From Bugula neritina (lineage: Eukaryota > Animalia > Bryozoa), in the NCBI GenBank assembly GCA_964035545.1, contig OZ037766.1, positions 9,290,722 through 9,354,721 of the forward strand: 64,000 bases of DNA, given 5' to 3'. Below are positions 58,093-64,000 of the stretch, piece by piece. The notes beneath the pieces were generated by a model. The model saw only the letters and a program-made list of their open reading frames with translations. It did no database searches and was not told the DNA's origin. A program made the translations under genes and the position numbers. Position 1 is the stretch's first letter. Every line of letters starts with the position of its first letter.

Positions 58093-61000
58093 GCATCAAT
58101 GCCTTATATAAATGATGAAAACCATTTCAAATGCTTGAATTGAATTACTTGATATAATGTAGAAGAACATTTCAAAATATTATTTGAATAATTTGGGCAA
58201 ATACAGTGTCCAACAGTAGCTTTCAAGTATTGATATATGTGAGAGATTTGCATTTGCATTGTACATGGCTTTCCATTTCTCCATTAGTGCAACTACCCCT
58301 ATAACTGTGCACATATTTTTCCTTGTATAATTGCAACCTGTTATGTTTGATAAACTGATTGGCAAAGTATTTTGTTTTATATTGTACTTTTATTTTTGCA
58401 CTCATGCCCACAACTATTATGCAATGGCTTTTTATGGCATGGTGCACAACATCTTGCATTGGTGCTGCAAGCTGTCTAGTACCAGCTGGGTAGAGAACTA
58501 AACAAATAGTTAACATGATGGCCTTTGTTACAAATACCACTAGATTGCTAAACTTTTACTTTTAGCCTTTTAAAGGTGATTTTTGTTGTTTTATTAAATA
58601 GTTTAGTTCCCTATGCAGCAGGCATCTGCCAAATAATAGATAAGGCCTAACCACTACATTTGTTAGTCAGCTTCTAGGGTTTTGACAGAAAACAGCTCAT
58701 CTTCCTTTGTAAGGTCATCACATGAGTCCCCATAATTAGCTGACTCTAATTGCTATACTAATTTTAGATTTAAAAACCTTTTCTTTGTGATTGTCCTGGT
58801 ATTTAAGGCAGCATAGAAACTTCAAAAAAAGATGGTCACTCATGTAGCCTAAGCTGTGCCACCTATTGTGTTTGTTAAGAGACAAAGTTATTAAAAACTT
58901 AGATACTTGCAGGAGAATAGAGGTATAATTACCGTTTATTACTATTCTTTACTATTTTTAACATGATGCTTTATGTGTTTTATGAGAATTATTATTGCTT
59001 TTATATCCTGATATTTGCTAATATTTTAAGAATTGTATTATATAAGTTTTAGCACATCATTATGTACACTTTTTATTATTGATTGTAGTTTTAATGATTT
59101 AGAAGAATTAATAAATGTGAGTGATTTATTGAACCATCTTCTGAGTCCATACTAAAGCCGTTTTTGTGACGAGACCTTGCTCAACAAGCTGCCAATAATA
59201 TACTACAAATTAGCTAATTAGTTGATAATTCATGTTCCACTCAAATCATAGAATAGAAAAGAAGACAATATAAAATGCATTATTTTATAATTTATTTGAT
59301 ACAAATACATCAAAAATATATTTATTATATATTAAAAAGTTAAAAAATTAACCAAACTTATAAATTACAGCCATGTGTAGCCATCTGGTAAAATGGTCAT
59401 AATTCTTAGAACAATAAACATAATATATTATAAGCAATAAACAGATAATTTATACAGCCTTAGCTTTCTATGTATTATAATCTTGAAAACATCAAAGTTC
59501 AATCAAAAATACACCAATATACAAAAACACAGGCTAACAAAAACAGACCAGGTGATGTATCCCTGGAACAGCATTGCAGAGTGTAATACTAAAGAAAAAT
59601 TATAACCCAAGTTGGAAGTTAGTAAGCCCAGCTGATACTTGCCAACCGGTGTGCAGCACAGCCTTCAAAAACTCACCAAGTTACAAATCAGTTGAAAGTC
59701 AAACCAATCATCATTCACTACACTATTTGCACTACAGGCTACAGACCATGCAAGCCCAGGCAAGTTTCAAACATGTTTTGTATCACATTGGCATGTCACA
59801 GACTATTATTAATAGCCTATTATTCCGTGTGAATTTATTGTATCTTAAAGAGGAGTCCTCTGAATCAGCCTGCCTTACACAAACCAAACTCAAGATATGT
59901 AACAAGTACACTCATGTTTAAGATGGTGTGGAGGTTCTTCTGATTTGGCAAGAAGTAACCGTAGAAGCTGCACTTACAGATTGAGAAGGTTGGGGTTTGG
60001 TGTATAGGGTATTTCTACCACCTCACCAACTTCCCGGATCCTAGAAAAATAAGGCAAAGCAATGATGTCTTTTACCGCAAATCTACACAGTTACAGATGT
60101 ATGTGAACCCCTGACTATTCATCAATATAAACCCCTATTAAAAATTATACTCAACTTAATAAAAGTGGTCGAAATTGATCTAATAAAAATGATAAGTTTT
60201 GAACAATGCTTCCTATTTTTAATCTAATGATGACAAAAAGCCAACTTAATTGCAGTTTCGAGCCAGTAACTGGAATGCCTGAAGACAAGCTAAATAGTAA
60301 TTTGTATACCATTCATTAGATACAATTCTTGTGCAAAGATAGTGCTTTTACAGTAGAAAAAGAATATTATTGAATGTTAACACCCTTTAAAATGCTCAGT
60401 TAACCCAAATTTATTGCCCCAACCATCTGTAATACAGAGTAACATAAAATTATGTGTTTTACAGACAGAAATTACCAGCAAACTGCAAGTGTTAACCTCT
60501 TTACCCAAAATCAAATCTTTTAGCTGTACCAGATAAGGCTGCTAAAGTTGAAATTGAAGAATTGAAAACTCCAGCAACATCAGTTTTAGCATCACTGAAA
60601 ATTGTTTTTAGAACAGAATGTTTATTCTTTCATTCTAAACAACTTACTACGTAAAGTATGTGGTTAATTTTTAATACCAACTTGATGTTGTACTGCAAAG
60701 TATTTATCAGGCTAATAAATTAATAAATTGCAAAATGTTCTACTGAAACTTTAAAAGAATTTTCAAGATCTACGAGCCCACTTTACTACCTTCAAAATCA
60801 GTTCAATGAAGTTTACTTATTAAAACTCTTTTACATATTTATAGGAAACTAAGGTCACACTAATTAGTCACTACTCACACAAAGTTCAAGTAGGTTATTA
60901 AAAATAGAGATCAACTGAAACAACTCTTATCTGATGGAAAAATCAGTTGAACAGCACCACTCAACATGATATACATCAGCAATATTATTTGTATATCAAT

Positions 61001-61674
61001 AATTGAACACTACATAGTACATACTCTAGTGATTCACTTACTTTTACTCTTAGCATCTGTTTAAATTGTGAATATACAAATTTTTATAATTATAACTGTA
61101 TCACTATCAGTATTGTAATGATAATATTATATTTTATAATTATCACTATTACTATTAGTATTACTAAGACAATGATCATGATAGCATTTACTTTTACTTT
61201 TAGACATATGCCTATCAACTCCAGATTTTAAGCAAACACAAAATCCCAATGACAATATTATAATTTAAAATGTAATATTAATAATAATAAATATTTTGAA
61301 AAGTGAAGGCTGCTATACTCGCACTATAATTCGATTTAAATCATTGTCATTATAAACTTAATTAACAGTTACAAAAATTTTCCTTTTCATTTTGACCCTC
61401 CTCTCCAGCCATAAAACTTAAAACTAAAAGTGAATATAATAATATTAATTATAAACAATAAGTATACTATTCAATATTAGCTGCAAAAACAAATACACAG
61501 TTCAGTTGTATTACATCAAAAAATCAGTATGTTCACACAATTCGCTTATTTACATTATTTCACTTACTTTTTAGCTAAGGGGTTGAACCCTTAGCTTTGA
61601 AGATCAAATGGGAAGTGAGCGCTCAAACCCAACGGGGTAGAAGGCTTGCTGCTTGAAGACACTGTAACTCAGTA

Positions 61675-61790
61675 GCACGCTGATTGGCTTAACTTATAAT
61701 CTGACTTAAGTGACGCAATCTGAAGCTGATTTTTAATGAGACATGTCGATTTTAAAAGCGTAACTACGTTAACGCAAAAAGCGAGAGTTC
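61675..61790. promoter_or_regulatory. Candidate bidirectional promoter
   Basis: Locally CpG-richer, with an inverted CCAAT box (gattggc) and a TGACGCAAT bZIP-type site. It is flanked by a minus-strand donor (~61567) and a plus-strand donor (cag|gtagtg, ~61867). Confidence 0.4.
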
Positions 61791-62534
61791 TTTCGTACAC
61801 TGTTGCGGAGCAACTGGACAACCACCTTGTCACATAAGTTGGTTGTATTGGTAATGCTAGACTCAGGTAGTGTTTCTCAATTAGCTAACTATCTCAATCT
61901 ATTGTGACTGCATTTATTTGATAAACTTGTAGCTTAGACGTATTTGTGTTTTTATTCGTTAGTTTCATTTTAGCTTGCATCTCTACCTTTTGCTATGATT
62001 TAAAACGTGTACTCTAAGTCTAACTATTACTATTACTATTAGTATTAGTATAATAGTAATAGTGTAACTATAAGTATTACTATGTCTATTGCTATTAGTA
62101 TTACTACTAGCTTTAGTATAAAATTTATTTAAAATAAATATTTGGGCAGTAGTAATAACATTATTGTAAATATTATAGTGAAAACAACAAAGAGAAAACT
62201 CACAATGTGAAGAGTTTGTGTAGCTGATTTTTATAACATAGACCACCAATTAGTAGTTTTATTATCATCATATTGACATGCTATAATATCATAATATGCT
62301 GTAATATTATTTACTATGATTAATATGCATGCTCAAAGCATACAATTACTGCTTACACCATATGTTTAATATGATATTGCTGTTTCTTTAAAGATTATAC
62401 ACTTTATATGCATCTGAACTTGTAAATGTTAAACTATGGTATTTGCTATTTTTAATCTTATATAAATTTAAGGGTTTGTTTTCAAACTCCTGATGCACTG
62501 TTGTAGTTTTAGAGGTTGATAAGCAAATGTGAAC

Positions 62535-64000
62535 ATGACTAGTCTTTCACTCATACCAAGCAAAGGCTATTTTAGGTCATCTGTACCTGAATGGGGCACT
62601 AATAAAGCTACAGAAAAAGTGCCATTATGGAGTGCCAAGTGTCCTACTTGGCATCAAAGGTGAATTAAATGTTAATAATATAGCCTACATTCATAATAAT
62701 ACATCAATTTGTAAATACCAATTGATTTTGAAATATAAAGGTACCAAATATATTATATGTGTCATGGTTTTTAATAATTGCAATGTAAATTTATTTGCAA
62801 AAGAACTGCAAACTGAACAAAAGTATTTTAGGAATTGTTTACTTCAAGTTAGTAAAAATTAATCAAACTTCTATATTATAGCCATTTCACTAACATAACA
62901 ACTGCTCTGCACTTGCAATATATAATATGTAGTTTAATTTAAAGTACAACTCGCCAATCAATAACAGAGTAATTTACAACAAAGTAATTCTCAACTTTCC
63001 TTGCTGTAAAACACACTGCTGTCATTTAAATCTTCATTGTTATCATTAAAGCTTTTGTTTACAAATTCCACATCACCTAAATGAGTAAGGATATGTAATT
63101 GATTGTGTCAACCTTTCACACAAAAAAGCAAAGGAGACTTTTCTAGGCTTCCCCAAAGCATATTGTGCCATCCTGAGTGTTCAATAGATCAAACTACTTG
63201 TTATTTAAATTTATTATAATGTGCTTTGAGCAAGAATCAATTAAGCTTTTAAAAGATATTATCATTGTTATGACTTCAGGGATGGGCATTCATTATTGTT
63301 GATTAACAATTCACTGTTTTTCACATATGCAATCCCACTCTACCTTTTCTATATTGATTTTATATGTTGACAAATTTCATATGCAAATGCATACACTGCT
63401 TAGTCGTATGATTGTGAGTTTGTCCCAATTAATATGGTTCAAAGATGACAAAGCACAACCTTTGGTGATGGTAGAAAATTGCTTTTTACCAATACCTTTA
63501 GATATTATTGTTCAAGAGCATCTATTGTATTTTTCTGATTCAGTTTTTACAATACTATTTTTCAAAAAAAGAATGTATATGGTGGTTGTTATAGTGTTAT
63601 ATTGATTTCAGTGGAGAACCTATTGAGCAGTTCTATGATTTAACACAGCTGAAGAAAAGCAATGTTAGACTCAATGATCAATTGTGAGTACACAATATTC
63701 TACTAAATGGTCAAAGGAAAAGTCATAGCTTGTCTATTTATTTCTAGTACTTTACTAGTTTATTTTGCATTATATTTAACACAGTGCCAATAATCTTCTA
63801 TATTTCTTCATGGTTGCTAAATATTTTAGATTACCAAAGCCTCAAGAAAGCACCCTAGGGTAAGTTTATGTGTATAGATTTTATGCTATGACGCATACAT
63901 GCATTCATACACATGCACACGCTCACAAATTGCTTAAGCCACACACACTTATCATCATAATTATATTTTTTCAGGGATAAGATGATACATTTGCCATTTC
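62535..64000 (+). CDS. C7orf31: C7orf31/SPMIP4-like protein, 5' part
   Basis: Exons 62535-62659, 63612-63683, 63830-63859 and 63975 to the edge give ...[42 protein letters not shown]. This resembles the recalled human C7orf31 segment [39 protein letters not shown]. Confidence 0.7.

Overview
AT-rich, intron-containing animal (invertebrate-like) genomic DNA. About 45.5 kb (332-45780, minus strand) is one giant multi-exon gene that runs off the left edge. Following GT-AG sites by hand I could join 65 exons with consistent phase, giving 13,811 nt and at least 4,603 aa. The protein is: signal peptide, then at least 17 tandem Notch-ligand N-terminal (MNNL/C2-type) domains, most separated by Pro/Thr mucin tracts, with 3 degenerate DSL domains, 6 ShK-like 6-Cys domains, a SEA-like segment and a furin-type RSKR site. 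No EGF repeats or transmembrane helix were found in the model. Canonical Delta/Serrate/Jagged ligands have one such C2 domain, so this looks like a mucin built from Notch-ligand parts. Its last two modules come from a recent ~2.1 kb tandem duplication. Its introns contain a pentamer satellite, a MITE, a TA-flanked 4.3 kb element with an internal ~800-bp inverted repeat, and a spacerless 134-bp palindrome. To the right are an RBM33-like gene (minus, 46680-54838) with an intronic SINE, AT-rich hexamer repeat fields, two uncertain transcripts, and the 5' part of a C7orf31/SPMIP4-like gene (plus, 62535 to the edge). All domain and gene names come from recalled motifs, not database searches.
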